37,983 nt of DNA. It comes from an uncultured Deinococcales bacterium (lineage in GTDB: Bacteria; Deinococcota; Deinococci; Deinococcales; JAAFIG01). Below are positions 10,381 to 19,812 of the stretch, in pieces. Position numbers and translations under genes: made by a program. Each line of letters starts with the position of its first letter. Position 1 is the first letter of the stretch. The stretch is from the NCBI GenBank assembly GCA_964244895.1, contig CAXTKV010000023.1:1-37983 (forward strand). The letters are read 5' to 3'. The notes beneath the pieces were generated by a model. It was not told the origin of the DNA, did no database searches, and saw nothing but the letters and a program-made list of their open reading frames with translations.

Positions 10381-10455
10381 CGTTTTCGCCTCCGCCATGA
10401 AAGAGGGGAGGTGTCACCTGCGACCCGAAATCCCGCTCGAGCTATGATGCCCGCG

Positions 10456-11256
10456 ATGGTTTCCCTTCCCGACGTTCAAAAACTCACCGGCACGCTCGGC
10501 CAGATTTGCCGGGAACGCGCGTCGGATTACGCCGATGCCAGCCTCGAGACACCGCCCGACGCGCCAGATTTTTCCGGTGGTCGTTTCGAGGCCGCCCTGC
10601 GCGGGGATGGTCGGGTCAAGCTGATCGCGGAACTGAAACGCTCCAGCCCGCGCGGAGCCATCCAGCCCAGTCTGGACGCGCTTGAGACGGCTCGGGCCTA
10701 CGCTGACGGCGGCGCGAGCGCGCTGTCCGTGCTGACCGAACCGCGACACTTCCTGGGTTCCCTGGACGATTTGCTAGCGATTTCCTCCGGTCAATCCCTG
10801 CCGACGCTGCGCAAGGATTTCGTGGTTCACCCTGCGCAGATTCTCGAGGCTCGGGCGGCGGGTGCGAGCGCCGTGCTGCTGCTCGTCAACGTCCTGGGGA
10901 AGCTGACGCGAGATTACCTGCGGCTGGCGCACGCCTGCGGGCTGGACGCGCTGGTCGAAGTCCACACCGAGGACGAACTTGAGATCGCGCTCCTGGCGGG
11001 CTCCCGCATTCTGGGCGTCAACAACCGCGATCTGGTCAGCCTGGAAATCAACACCGGAACCGCGCCGCGCATCGGGATGCTGGCCCGGCAGGACGATTTC
11101 GAGGGCGTGCTGATCGCGCTCTCAGGGTATTCAAACCGTGCGGAGTTGATCTCGCTGGAAGGTCTGTTCGACGCGGTGCTGGTCGGTTCCAGCCTGGCCG
11201 GTGCTGGCTCGAGCCTGGATATTACGACCGCGACTCGCGCCTTGCTGACTCGATGA
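10456..11256 (+). CDS. trpC: Indole-3-glycerol-phosphate synthase (TrpC-like)
   Basis: IAELKRSSP, LSVLTEP, LRKDF, LVEVH, GVNNRDL; TATGAT 7 nt before ATG 10456. The usual ESG motif reads LSG. Confidence 0.85.
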   Translation: MVSLPDVQKLTGTLGQICRERASDYADASLETPPDAPDFSGGRFEAALRGDGRVKLIAELKRSSPRGAIQPSLDALETARAYADGGASALSVLTEPRHFLGSLDDLLAISSGQSLPTLRKDFVVHPAQILEARAAGASAVLLLVNVLGKLTRDYLRLAHACGLDALVEVHTEDELEIALLAGSRILGVNNRDLVSLEINTGTAPRIGMLARQDDFEGVLIALSGYSNRAELISLEGLFDAVLVGSSLAGAGSSLDITTATRALLTR

Positions 11257-11303
11257 AGACCGTCCAGCACGCATTTTGATGATCGCGTGCTGGACAGTGT
11301 TTC
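11256..11303. repeat. Repeat family A, long form
   Basis: AAGACCGTCCAGCACGC-loop-GCGTGCTGGACAGTGTT. Confidence 0.85.
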
Positions 11304-11388
11304 TGGTCATCTCGAGCCCGAGAGTCACGCTCGAGCGAGGGATGGTCTGAAGCTCGAGTTGTCGTGATATTCGCCCAAGAACGCCGTT

Positions 11389-11483
11389 GTAGACGTGGGT
11401 TCAGACGTACGTGCCGAATAGCGCTATTTCAGTTTCACGATAGATCCGTGCCGCGTGAGTTCAGCGGGTCAGACGCACCCTAC
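11389..11483. repeat. Degenerate inverted pair of GTAG-type REP-like units
   Basis: GTAG-ACGTGGGTTCAGACGTACGT ... GCGGGTCAGACGCACC-CTAC. Confidence 0.4.
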
Positions 11484-11501
11484 GAAACCTTTCCTCTCGA
11501 T

Positions 11502-11550
11502 AACACCGTCCTGCACGCATTCTCGATCTTGCGTCCTGGACGGTGTTCTC
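11502..11550. repeat. Repeat family A, long form
   Basis: AACACCGTCCTGCACGC-loop-GCGTCCTGGACGGTGTT. Confidence 0.85.
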
Positions 11551-11561
11551 GTGTAGTAACC

Positions 11562-11598
11562 AAAAAAGAGCGCCACTCGAGGTGACTCGAGCGGCGCT
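11562..11598 (-). terminator. Intrinsic terminator of the cold-shock gene
   Basis: Hairpin AGCGCC.CTCGAG / CTCGAG.GGCGCT followed by a T6 run on the minus strand, just after the csp stop. Confidence 0.7.
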
Positions 11599-11616
11599 TG
11601 CTGTTGGTTTCAGCGT

Positions 11617-11823
11617 TTAGAGAGGCTGGACGTTGGCGGCCTGCGGGCCCTTGCCGTTCTTGCCGGGCTCGATGTCGAACGACACGCGCTGGCCTTCTTC
11701 GAGGTTGCGGTAACCCGTGCCCTTGATCGCGCTGAAGTGCACGAACACGTCTGGGTTGCCCTCGTGCGAGATGAAGCCGAAGCCCTTTTCACCGTTGAAC
11801 CACTTCACTGTACCTTCTGGCAT
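11617..11823 (-). CDS. Cold-shock protein (CspA family)
   Basis: GTVKWFN, RNP1 KGFGFI, RNP2 [22 protein letters not shown]. Confidence 0.97.
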   Translation of the reverse strand: MPEGTVKWFNGEKGFGFISHEGNPDVFVHFSAIKGTGYRNLEEGQRVSFDIEPGKNGKGPQAANVQPL

Positions 11824-12017
11824 TTCTACTCCTGATCCGATTTCGTTTGTTCTGCCAACGCCATCCGCGACTCTCCCAGAGTCCCTGGGGGATTCGGTTC
11901 AGAACGTTGATCCGAAATCGAACCGCAGAGTATCACATTGTGCAGGTTTGGGTGTGAAGTGCTGAATACGAGCGCTGAAGGGCTCGAGGAGGGGTTTTGA
12001 TCTCGAGAAAAACTCGA

Positions 12018-12070
12018 AAAACACCGTACTGGACGATCTTCCTGAGTTGAACCGCGTCTGGTACGGTGTC
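12018..12070. repeat. Repeat family A
   Basis: AACACCGTACTGGACG...CGTCTGGTACGGTGT. Confidence 0.75.
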
Positions 12071-12072
12071 GT

Positions 12073-14364
12073 TCAATCTTTTGTTTGCATCAGCTTCCAG
12101 AGCGTTTCGGGTTTGACGGGCAACTCGGTGACGCGCGCGCCCGTGGCATCGCGGATGGCGTTGGCGATGGCCGCCGCGCCCGCCGTGATCGGTGGTTCGC
12201 CGACGATTCGCGCCCCGAACGGGCCGCTCTGGGAGGCTTCCTGCACCAGGATCGCTTCGATCGGTGGCACGTCCTGGGCGCGGGGGAAGGCGTAATCCAG
12301 GAAGTTGGAGCTGATCAGGTTGCCGTCCGAGAAATGCATGCCTTCGTAGAGGCCCATGCTCAGGCCTTGCGCGCCGCCGCCGTGCATCTGACCTTCGACC
12401 AGCAGCGGGTTGAGGGCGAATCCCACGTCCTGGATGGTCACGAACTCGAGCGGTGTGACGCGGGCCGTGTCTGGATCGACCCGCACGCGCACGAGTTGCG
12501 CCGTGAAGCCCGGCGCGCCGGATTTGATGGCGGCGCGCCCTTCGGCCACGACCGGGCCGGGGCCGCCCGGCGTGCGCTGCCCGAGCCGCGCGAGTTGACC
12601 GATACCGATGGATTTCTCCGGCACGCCCTTGACGCGAGCCTGACCGTCCTCGATCTCGAGGTCGTCCTTGTGGGCTTCAAAGTGCTTGCTGGCCAGTTCC
12701 AGCAACTGGTCTTTGACCTGCAAGCTCGCGTCCTGCACGGCACCGGACAGGCTGATCGTGACCTGCGATCCGCCGGATGAAGGCGCGAACGGGCCGCTGT
12801 CGGTCGTGCCCTGCACGATTTCAACGTTGTCCGGGTGAACGCCCAGGGTTTCGGCGGCGATCAGCACCATGGAACTGTGCACGCCTGAAATGTCCACGCT
12901 GCCGACGTGCAAGCGCACCGTGCCGTCCGTGTCCACGCGGCAGATGGCTCCAGCCGGGGCGAACGCGCCCGGCCAGCCGCCGATGGCCAGCCCGACGCCC
13001 TCGAGCGCGCCTGAGTCCGCACCCTCGAGCGCGTCCGCCTGAGCGTTGGCGTTTCGGTTCTGCCAGATCGGGTGTTGGCGCACCCGCTCCAGGCAGGCTT
13101 TCAAGCCGATCTTCGGCCAGGGGCGGCCCGCGCCGTTCAGGTCGCCCTCTTCGACCGCGTTCAGATCGCGGAACTCGAGCACGTCGCGCCCGAGGGCTCG
13201 GGCCAGCTCGTCGATGCTGGATTCCAGCGCGAACAGGGCTTGAGGCACGCCCGGAGCGCGGTACGCACCGGTCGGCGCCTTGTGGGTCACGACCTCGAGC
13301 GTTTCTATGTGCACGTTGTCGCACTTGTACATCCCGCCGATGACCGTGGCGATGATCCCGGCGTGCCCGAACTTGAAAACCCCGTTTTCGATGGTCGCTT
13401 TGACCTGGATCGCGCTGATGCGCCCGTCCTGGGTGGCACCGATCTTGAGGTCGATCACCGTTCCTGGCGCGGGCATGGTGGTCAGCATGTCTTCACTGCG
13501 CGAGAGCACCATCTTGACGGGCTTTTTGAGTTTGAGCGCGACCGCCACCACCAGCGCGTCGATGATGCCGTACTTCGCGCCGAAGCCGCCGCCAACGGTC
13601 ATGGGGATCACCCTGACATCGCGCTCTCGCAGCCCGAGCGCGCCGGAAACTTCGTTCCGCACCACGTACTGACCTTGCGTGCTGGTGTAAACCGTGACCT
13701 CGCCGGGGCGCGCGCCGGGTTCGGCCACGACCGCGTGCGGTTCCATGTAGGCCTGGTGAACCCAGGAATTCGTGTAGGTGCGCTCGATCACGACGGCGGC
13801 CTGATCGAAGCCCGCGCCGATGTCGCCGCGCTCGAAGACGCGTTGTTCCTCAATATTGGAGGCTTTCGGGCCGGATTCGGCGTTGTCCTCGCCGCCGTGG
13901 ACGCTGGCCAGGCCCGCGCCCGCCGTGGGCGCACCGTGCGGCCAGACCAGCAGGTTGTCCGTTACGGCTTCCGTCAGGTCGGTGACAGCGGGCAGGGCTT
14001 CGTAATCGATCTCGAGCAGGCTGGCGGCATCCTGCGCGATGGCCTCAGACTGCGCCACCACGACCGCGACGGGCTGACCGGCGAACACGACCGTCTGGTT
14101 GGCCAGGATCATGCTGGGCCTGGAATGCGCGACCTTGTCCGGGTTCAGATCAGATCCGGTCAGCACCGCGATCACGCCGGGAATCCCGAGCGCGGCGGCG
14201 GTGTGAATCGCCGTGATTCTGGCGTGCGGGTAGGTCGAGAGCACGGGGCGCGCGTAAACCATGCCGGCCAGTTGCACGTCCGCGACGTAACGCGCGGTGC
14301 CGGTGATTTTCTCGAGCCCATCGATGATCTTGCGCGGTTTGCCGAGGTGCTTCGTTTGCGTCAC
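12073..14364 (-). CDS. Xanthine dehydrogenase/CO dehydrogenase family molybdopterin-binding (large) subunit
   Basis: KITGTARY, HQAYMEPH, VGGGFGAK, AYRAPG, NPLLVEGQMHGG, VGEPP, NAIRDATG; AGGAGG SD before GTG. Confidence 0.92.
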   Translation of the reverse strand: MTQTKHLGKPRKIIDGLEKITGTARYVADVQLAGMVYARPVLSTYPHARITAIHTAAALGIPGVIAVLTGSDLNPDKVAHSRPSMILANQTVVFAGQPVAVVVAQSEAIAQDAASLLEIDYEALPAVTDLTEAVTDNLLVWPHGAPTAGAGLASVHGGEDNAESGPKASNIEEQRVFERGDIGAGFDQAAVVIERTYTNSWVHQAYMEPHAVVAEPGARPGEVTVYTSTQGQYVVRNEVSGALGLRERDVRVIPMTVGGGFGAKYGIIDALVVAVALKLKKPVKMVLSRSEDMLTTMPAPGTVIDLKIGATQDGRISAIQVKATIENGVFKFGHAGIIATVIGGMYKCDNVHIETLEVVTHKAPTGAYRAPGVPQALFALESSIDELARALGRDVLEFRDLNAVEEGDLNGAGRPWPKIGLKACLERVRQHPIWQNRNANAQADALEGADSGALEGVGLAIGGWPGAFAPAGAICRVDTDGTVRLHVGSVDISGVHSSMVLIAAETLGVHPDNVEIVQGTTDSGPFAPSSGGSQVTISLSGAVQDASLQVKDQLLELASKHFEAHKDDLEIEDGQARVKGVPEKSIGIGQLARLGQRTPGGPGPVVAEGRAAIKSGAPGFTAQLVRVRVDPDTARVTPLEFVTIQDVGFALNPLLVEGQMHGGGAQGLSMGLYEGMHFSDGNLISSNFLDYAFPRAQDVPPIEAILVQEASQSGPFGARIVGEPPITAGAAAIANAIRDATGARVTELPVKPETLWKLMQTKD

Positions 14365-14535
14365 GTTGACCTCCTGAGCGACGCGCGAGTCTAACGCCGA
14401 CTCGCGCTTGCGCCCGTCAGCCGCATGACTATTTCTTCAGGGTGGCTCACTCGAGGTGATGCTGGAACGCACGACCCGCCTCTGGAGTTCACGAGCCGAT
14501 CGTCTCGAGCGAGCGTGACCGTTCGAGACCTTCAG

Positions 14536-14593
14536 GGACACCGTCCGGCACGGTGTCCTCGAGAGTCAAAATGCTGTGTTCGGGACGGTCTTT
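14536..14593. repeat. Repeat family A
   Basis: GGACACCGTCCGGCACGGTGTCC plus arm GGGACGGTCTT. Confidence 0.75.
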
Positions 14594-16838
14594 AGCGAAT
14601 CTGCACGCGGTAACAGACCTGCCCTGAACCGCCCGCCGCCAGCGAACCGACGTTGACCACGACCGCGCGGTTGGTCGCGTCGAAACCCGCCGTGTCCGTC
14701 ACGGGCGTCGTGGTCGCGCCCAGCGTCAGGGTGATCGTGCCGGGCACGAAGTCGGTGAAGAACGGCACGCTGTCGCGCACGACCAGGCTGGTGACCGCGC
14801 CGCCGAGTGCGTTGAAGGCGATGCAGTATTCGAGCACGTCCAAGGGCTTGCCCGTGCTGCTCGAGGAGAACGCCCCGGAAGCGGTCACGTTGCGCACCTG
14901 CTTCGTGAGGTTCAACTGACCGCCCGGTGTCAGGTTGATCGTGTCGGTCAGGCCGTTCGCATCGGTCACGCTCGAGCCCGTCCAGGTCAGGGTCAGGCTG
15001 GGTACGACGGTCGCGCTGCCGTCGGCGGCGCGACCGCTCGGGATGGTCACGACGACTTCCAGAGCGCAGGATTTTAATTGACCGTCGGCCTCGTAGCCCC
15101 AGGCCGCCGTGACGGAGATGCTGGTCACGGCGTTGCGTTCGCTGGGCTGGATCGCGCCGTCGCAGTTCGTGTCCTGGTAGGCGCGCGCGCTGTACCCGGC
15201 GGGCAGCGTGAAGCCTACGGCGGCCACGCCGAGCGTGCCGGGGCGGAAGGCGTGCGTGAAGGTCACGGTTCCGGGGCTGAGGCCGCTTTCGGTCTGGTTG
15301 GGCGCGAAGGCGCTCTGCGGCACCAGACCGAAGTTGTATCCCGACAGCGTCTGACCGCCCGCGAAAGTCCACGCGCGCCGAGCCGCGTTGGCGTCGGACG
15401 CGCTGGTGGCCAGAACCACCGATGCGTTCGAGAGGTTGTTGCCCGTCGAAAAGAACCCACTTCTGGCGACCCGCACGAACAGGCTCGAGGGGCTGCCCGC
15501 AGGCGCCCAGAGCTGAAACGCGCCGGACGTGTCCGTGACGGTGGACGCGACCGTGGTCGGCGTGGCGTCCGCGAGGCTGACGGTCGCGCCAGCCAGCGGA
15601 CTCTCGAGCCCGTTCTGAAGGCCGTCGTTGGCCGCGCCGGAACCCTGCGCGTTGTCGCGGAACACGATGCCGTTGATCACAGACCCGTTGTACAACCCGA
15701 AATTGATGCCGATGACGTTGCCCGTGCTGACCGCGACCTGGCGCGTCTGCGTCGGCGCCTCCGTCCCGACGTAGGTCGGCGGTCTGTACGGCGCGATGTC
15801 GCTCAGGGTGGCGTTGTTGTCGACGATCACCGTGAACAGGCCCGGCGGCACGGCAGCAAACTGGTACGCGCCCGTCGCGGTAGTCACCGGGGTCGCCACG
15901 AGCGCCGTGCTCGAGCCGTTCGGGACGATCTTGGCGTACAGCCCGGTCGTGCCCGTGCCCGTTTCCGCACCATCGAGCGCCGAGTTGTGGTTCGCGTCGC
16001 CGTAGACCTGACCCGTCAGGCTCGCCAGGGTGGTCGTGCTGCACGGAGCCGCGCCGAAGGCCCATTTTTGCTGAATGGTTTTGGTGGTGTTGGCCGCCAG
16101 GTCAAAATCCCACTGCAAGGCGATACCGTTGTCGATCACGGTGTTGTTGGTGGTGTTGTTGAGCGTGCCGGACTTCATGGCGCTCCAGATGGTGTTGTAG
16201 GTCGAACCCTGGTACGCGCTCTGCGGGGTCAAGGCCACGAACTCCTGGTACAGACTGACGCTGCCGACCGTGTTGTACGAGTGAACGCTGTTGCAGGTGG
16301 GCGAATACGCCGACAAGCTGTTGTCGTTGTTGAAGGTGAACGTGTCCACGCCGTGAAAGAAATTCACGCCCGTCTGGTTGATCGGGCTGGAGACATCCCA
16401 GTTGAACAACAAGAAATTCTGACCGTTGACGTAGGACACGGTCTGGGTGATTACGGTCGTGCCCGCCGTGAAATTCGTGACGACCTGCCACGGACTCGAG
16501 CCCGTGCCGCTGCCCAGCAGGGCCGATTGAGACGTGATGCCCAGGTTGAGGGTGCCGACGATGCCGCTGGTGGCGGCTCCGGTGAAACCGTAGCGCACGC
16601 CGCCGACGTTGATGGCGATGCCGCTGTCCGGTGTGGTGCCGCCGTAAACCTGGTTAACGCCGTTGTACGCGACCTGATGCCGTCCGCCGGTCGTGTCGTA
16701 GAGCGTGATGCTGATCGGCGATCCTGGAATGGTGCTCGTGGCTGCGAAGCCGAACCCAGAGATCAGCCACGCGATCAGGACGCCCAGTGCGGTCAGGCGC
16801 GAACGGATGGATCGTCTTGGCTCGAGCGGGCTTGGCAT
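14592..16838 (-). CDS. Secreted DUF11/SdrD-B-like domain surface protein
   Basis: Signal-like segment (LTALGVLIAWLISGFGFA), repeated G.V(Y/F).D.N modules, C-terminal LTKQVRNVT...LEYCIAF.N...DSVP. Start uncertain: ORF is open to 16928. Confidence 0.8.
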   Translation of the reverse strand: MPSPLEPRRSIRSRLTALGVLIAWLISGFGFAATSTIPGSPISITLYDTTGGRHQVAYNGVNQVYGGTTPDSGIAINVGGVRYGFTGAATSGIVGTLNLGITSQSALLGSGTGSSPWQVVTNFTAGTTVITQTVSYVNGQNFLLFNWDVSSPINQTGVNFFHGVDTFTFNNDNSLSAYSPTCNSVHSYNTVGSVSLYQEFVALTPQSAYQGSTYNTIWSAMKSGTLNNTTNNTVIDNGIALQWDFDLAANTTKTIQQKWAFGAAPCSTTTLASLTGQVYGDANHNSALDGAETGTGTTGLYAKIVPNGSSTALVATPVTTATGAYQFAAVPPGLFTVIVDNNATLSDIAPYRPPTYVGTEAPTQTRQVAVSTGNVIGINFGLYNGSVINGIVFRDNAQGSGAANDGLQNGLESPLAGATVSLADATPTTVASTVTDTSGAFQLWAPAGSPSSLFVRVARSGFFSTGNNLSNASVVLATSASDANAARRAWTFAGGQTLSGYNFGLVPQSAFAPNQTESGLSPGTVTFTHAFRPGTLGVAAVGFTLPAGYSARAYQDTNCDGAIQPSERNAVTSISVTAAWGYEADGQLKSCALEVVVTIPSGRAADGSATVVPSLTLTWTGSSVTDANGLTDTINLTPGGQLNLTKQVRNVTASGAFSSSSTGKPLDVLEYCIAFNALGGAVTSLVVRDSVPFFTDFVPGTITLTLGATTTPVTDTAGFDATNRAVVVNVGSLAAGGSGQVCYRVQIR

Positions 16839-16977
16839 CGGTCGTTGAGGGAAGGGATGCTTTCTGAAAGGATTGCTTTGAGACTTCAAAGCGTCACGGT
16901 GCATGGTGAACCACCGGGGCTTACGCACTTCTTACGGCGGTCGCGCCCTGACGGCTGACCGCTCGAGCATAAAAAAA

Positions 16978-17035
16978 GAACACCGTCCAGGACGGTGTTC
17001 TCGGGGATGCAACATGTGCGTCTGGGACAGTCTTT
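16978..17035. repeat. Repeat family A
   Basis: GAACACCGTCC-A-GGACGGTGTTC plus arm GCGTCTGGGACAGTCTT. Confidence 0.85.
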
Positions 17036-17729
17036 AGTTGTCGGTCAGCAGCACGCCGTCGGCGGTCGGGCCGACCAGCACGAAGGTGTAGACCTTGCCG
17101 CCCGCGAAGGCCAGCGAGGTGTTCGTGTCGATGATCGGGGTGGTCGAGTTGGCGGTCGTGACGCGAATGCGGTAGCTGGCCACGGTTTTCTCAAGGTAGA
17201 CCGATGCGCTCTTGTAGCTGACCTGCGCGGGCAGCACGCTGTTCAAGGGGTCGGTCGGGGCGGTGATGTAGACGTTCAGGGAATCGTTGCCGACGCTGGC
17301 GTTGACGATCCGCAGGCGGAAGTTCGTCTGGGCGCTCGGGGCGCTGTTGTCGTCCTGGATGACGGTCGCGTCGAGGGCGGTGGCCGCCGTTCCAGCCGCG
17401 CTGCCGACCACGAAGACCGTCTGGTTCTTATCGGACACCAGCGCGATGTCCTTGTCTTTGATCGGGCACAGCACGGAACCGGAGGCGCACACGTCGAGCT
17501 TGGGCGTTCCGGCGGTCTGCGAGATGTAACCCGTGGCCGGAAGCACCGACTTGACCGCGAGCGGCGCGGTCGTGAGCTTGTTCGTCTTGTTCAGGTACAA
17601 ATCCACCGTCCCCGCGTCCGTTGAGGCGTGGACGAAACGCACCTGAGCGGGCGGCGGCGGAACGGCGGGTGCTGGGCAGGCGGTCAAGGCCAGGCTCGAG
17701 GCGATCAATATCGGGATGAGCTTCTTCAT
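17034..17729 (-). CDS. DUF4397-domain lipoprotein
   Basis: Lipobox MKKLIPILIASSLALTAC, VRFVHASTDAGTVDLY, LRIVNAS, GGKVYT; AAGGGGG SD. Confidence 0.85.
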   Translation of the reverse strand: MKKLIPILIASSLALTACPAPAVPPPPAQVRFVHASTDAGTVDLYLNKTNKLTTAPLAVKSVLPATGYISQTAGTPKLDVCASGSVLCPIKDKDIALVSDKNQTVFVVGSAAGTAATALDATVIQDDNSAPSAQTNFRLRIVNASVGNDSLNVYITAPTDPLNSVLPAQVSYKSASVYLEKTVASYRIRVTTANSTTPIIDTNTSLAFAGGKVYTFVLVGPTADGVLLTDN

Positions 17730-17840
17730 GTGTTCCCCCTTGTGACTTGAGAGCGACGGGATCACATTACTTTCCATGTGTGAAAGACGGCTGATAACCT
17801 CGTCCCTGACTCCAATCTCGAGGTGCGCCATCGAGAGGGT

Positions 17841-17895
17841 GCGTCCTGGACGGTCTTTGTGGCCTCGAGAAAACACTGTCTGGGACGGTGGTCTC
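17841..17895. repeat. Repeat family A
   Basis: GCGTCCTGGACGGTCTT and AAACACTGTCTGGGACGGTG. Confidence 0.7.
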
Positions 17896-17983
17896 GCATG
17901 AATACCTCGCGTGTATCGGGCTTTACGGCGCGACTGTCACCTCGGGATACACCGCCCCCGCGCCCCGGCGGTACGATGTGCGC

Positions 17984-19216
17984 ATGCTCCCTGTCAAACG
18001 CAGAAAATCCGTACCCGTCAACGTCGGAGGCGTCTGGGTCGGTGGCGATCACCCGATCGTGGTGCAATCCATGACCAACACCGACACCGCCGACGCGAAA
18101 TCCACGGCCAGCCAGGTGATCGAACTGGCGCACGCGGGCAGCGAACTGGTGCGGATCACGGTCAACAACGCCGCCGCCGCCGCCGCCGTGCCGGAGATCA
18201 AGGCGCGCGTCGAAGAAGCCGGGTATCCGGTGCCGCTGGTCGGAGATTTTCACTACAACGGCCACATTTTGCTGCGCGAGTTCCCGGACGCGGCTCGAGC
18301 CCTGGCCAAGTACCGCATCAACCCCGGCAATGTCGGCGTGGGCGCGAAACACGACGAGAATTTCAGAACCATGATCGAGGTCGCCAAGGAGTTCGACCGT
18401 CCCGTGCGGATCGGGGTGAACTGGGGCAGCCTGGATCAGGGGAAAGTCATCCGCATGATGGACGAAAATACGCGCCGATCTGACCCCCTTTCCAGCGACG
18501 AGATCATGATCGAGGCGATGCTGGAAAGCGCCCTGGACAGCGCCCGCATGGCCGAGGAGTACGGTCTGGGGCGCGACAAGATCATCATTTCGACCAAGAT
18601 TTCCAACGCGCCGATGCTCTGGAACGTCTACCGACGGCTGGCCGCCGCCTGCGATTACGCGCTGCACCTGGGTTTAACCGAAGCGGGCATGGGCACCAAA
18701 GGCATCGCTGCATCCAGCGTAGCGCTCTCGCCGCTTCTGTCCGAGGGCATCGGTGACACCATCCGCGTGTCCTTGACGCCGGAACCGGGCGCGTCCAGAA
18801 AGCTCGAGGTAGAAGTCTCGAGGCAGATCTTGCAGGCCATCGGCGCGCGGTCTTTCAGCCCGCAGGTCACGGCCTGCCCCGGTTGCGGGCGCACGACCAG
18901 TTCCTTGTTTCAGGAACTGGCGCAGGACATCCAGCGAAGCCTGGACGCCAACATGGTCGGCTGGAAGCAAACCCACCCCGGCGTCGAGAACATGACGGTC
19001 GCGGTGATGGGTTGCGTCGTCAACGGTCCCGGAGAATCCAAGCACGCCAACATCGGGATTTCCCTGCCCGGCACCGGCGAGGAACCCCGAGCGCCCGTCT
19101 ACCGCGACGGCGCTCTGGTCACGACCCTCAAGGGCCCGACCATCGCCCAGGAATTCATGGCGATGGTGCAGGAGTACGTGGATCACCGGTACGGTGCGGG
19201 TCGCGCCCTGAGTTGA
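17984..19216 (+). CDS. ispG: 4-hydroxy-3-methylbut-2-en-1-yl diphosphate synthase
   Basis: [68 protein letters not shown] 6 nt before ATG 17984. Confidence 0.97.
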   Translation: MLPVKRRKSVPVNVGGVWVGGDHPIVVQSMTNTDTADAKSTASQVIELAHAGSELVRITVNNAAAAAAVPEIKARVEEAGYPVPLVGDFHYNGHILLREFPDAARALAKYRINPGNVGVGAKHDENFRTMIEVAKEFDRPVRIGVNWGSLDQGKVIRMMDENTRRSDPLSSDEIMIEAMLESALDSARMAEEYGLGRDKIIISTKISNAPMLWNVYRRLAAACDYALHLGLTEAGMGTKGIAASSVALSPLLSEGIGDTIRVSLTPEPGASRKLEVEVSRQILQAIGARSFSPQVTACPGCGRTTSSLFQELAQDIQRSLDANMVGWKQTHPGVENMTVAVMGCVVNGPGESKHANIGISLPGTGEEPRAPVYRDGALVTTLKGPTIAQEFMAMVQEYVDHRYGAGRALS

Positions 19217-19232
19217 ACTCCGCGCTGTCTTG

Positions 19233-19261
19233 CTCGAGAACACCGTCCTGAACGGTGTTCT
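19233..19261. repeat. Repeat family A, short form
   Basis: CTCGAGAACACCGTCCTGAACGGTGTTCT. Confidence 0.85.
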
Positions 19262-19352
19262 TTGCGATTATGGAATCGCTTGAGGAACCGTACTCGAGTT
19301 TCTGAGGCTTCCTTTTGAACTGTCAAGTTTTGGTAAGAGTGATTCGTGTTGA

Positions 19353-19622
19353 ATGCCTGCCATGAGTACAGGCGAATACGAACACACTCCTCGAGTTAAG
19401 CCGAGCCTGGCGACGGTACTTTCGGGCGTCGGCCTGAGCGCCGCGAGCATCGCGGGTGCGGCGGATCTGGTACGCCACGGTCGGCTGCCGTGGCCGGATG
19501 GCGCGTTCAACGACCCGGACGTGTTGGTTCCAGTGATCGCCGTGATGATGGGTTTCCTGGCGGTCTTCGTGCTGGGTGAAATCCTGCGCCTCGCGCCGCG
19601 CGACGTGACCACCGACGACTGA
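19353..19622 (+). CDS. Small hypothetical membrane protein (2 TM)
   Basis: Two hydrophobic stretches and GC3-rich codons; lies between two repeat copies. Start may be 19362. Confidence 0.6.
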   Translation: MPAMSTGEYEHTPRVKPSLATVLSGVGLSAASIAGAADLVRHGRLPWPDGAFNDPDVLVPVIAVMMGFLAVFVLGEILRLAPRDVTTDD

Positions 19623-19635
19623 ACGCAGTCTTATC

Positions 19636-19683
19636 AACACCGTCCAGCACACAATTCTTGATATGCGTCCTGGACGGTGTTCT
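19636..19683. repeat. Repeat family A, long form
   Basis: AACACCGTCCAGCAC-loop-GTCCTGGACGGTGTT. Confidence 0.85.
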
Positions 19684-19812
19684 TGTGAACATGAGGGCCG
19701 AGGCACGCCCTCAAAGCTCGATCTCGAGCGGCTTCTTACAGAATTCAAGGTCAATCCTGATTGAGCGTGAAGCCCGGATGCTCGAGAATCAGGCCAGACT
19801 TCCGCAAGAGAT

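Noticed and set aside
5661..10455. Extended N-termini in the ORF track (5661, 7126, 10360; also 17888, 22922, 25120, 33951, 35089)
   Set aside because: The extensions run through repeats, promoters or neighbouring genes; downstream starts have a clear SD or -10 motif.
12073..14364. Aerobic CO dehydrogenase CoxL
   Set aside because: Lacks the AYXCSFR motif and the coxMS/DEFG context.
13072..16958. Long alternative ORFs (13072-14394 +, 14566-16065 -, 15078-16958 +) and similar ones elsewhere (e.g. 27103-28404 -, 29002-30024 -)
   Set aside because: Antisense or off-frame shadows of well-supported genes, expected in high-GC DNA; Arg/Ala/Gly-rich with no recognisable motifs.
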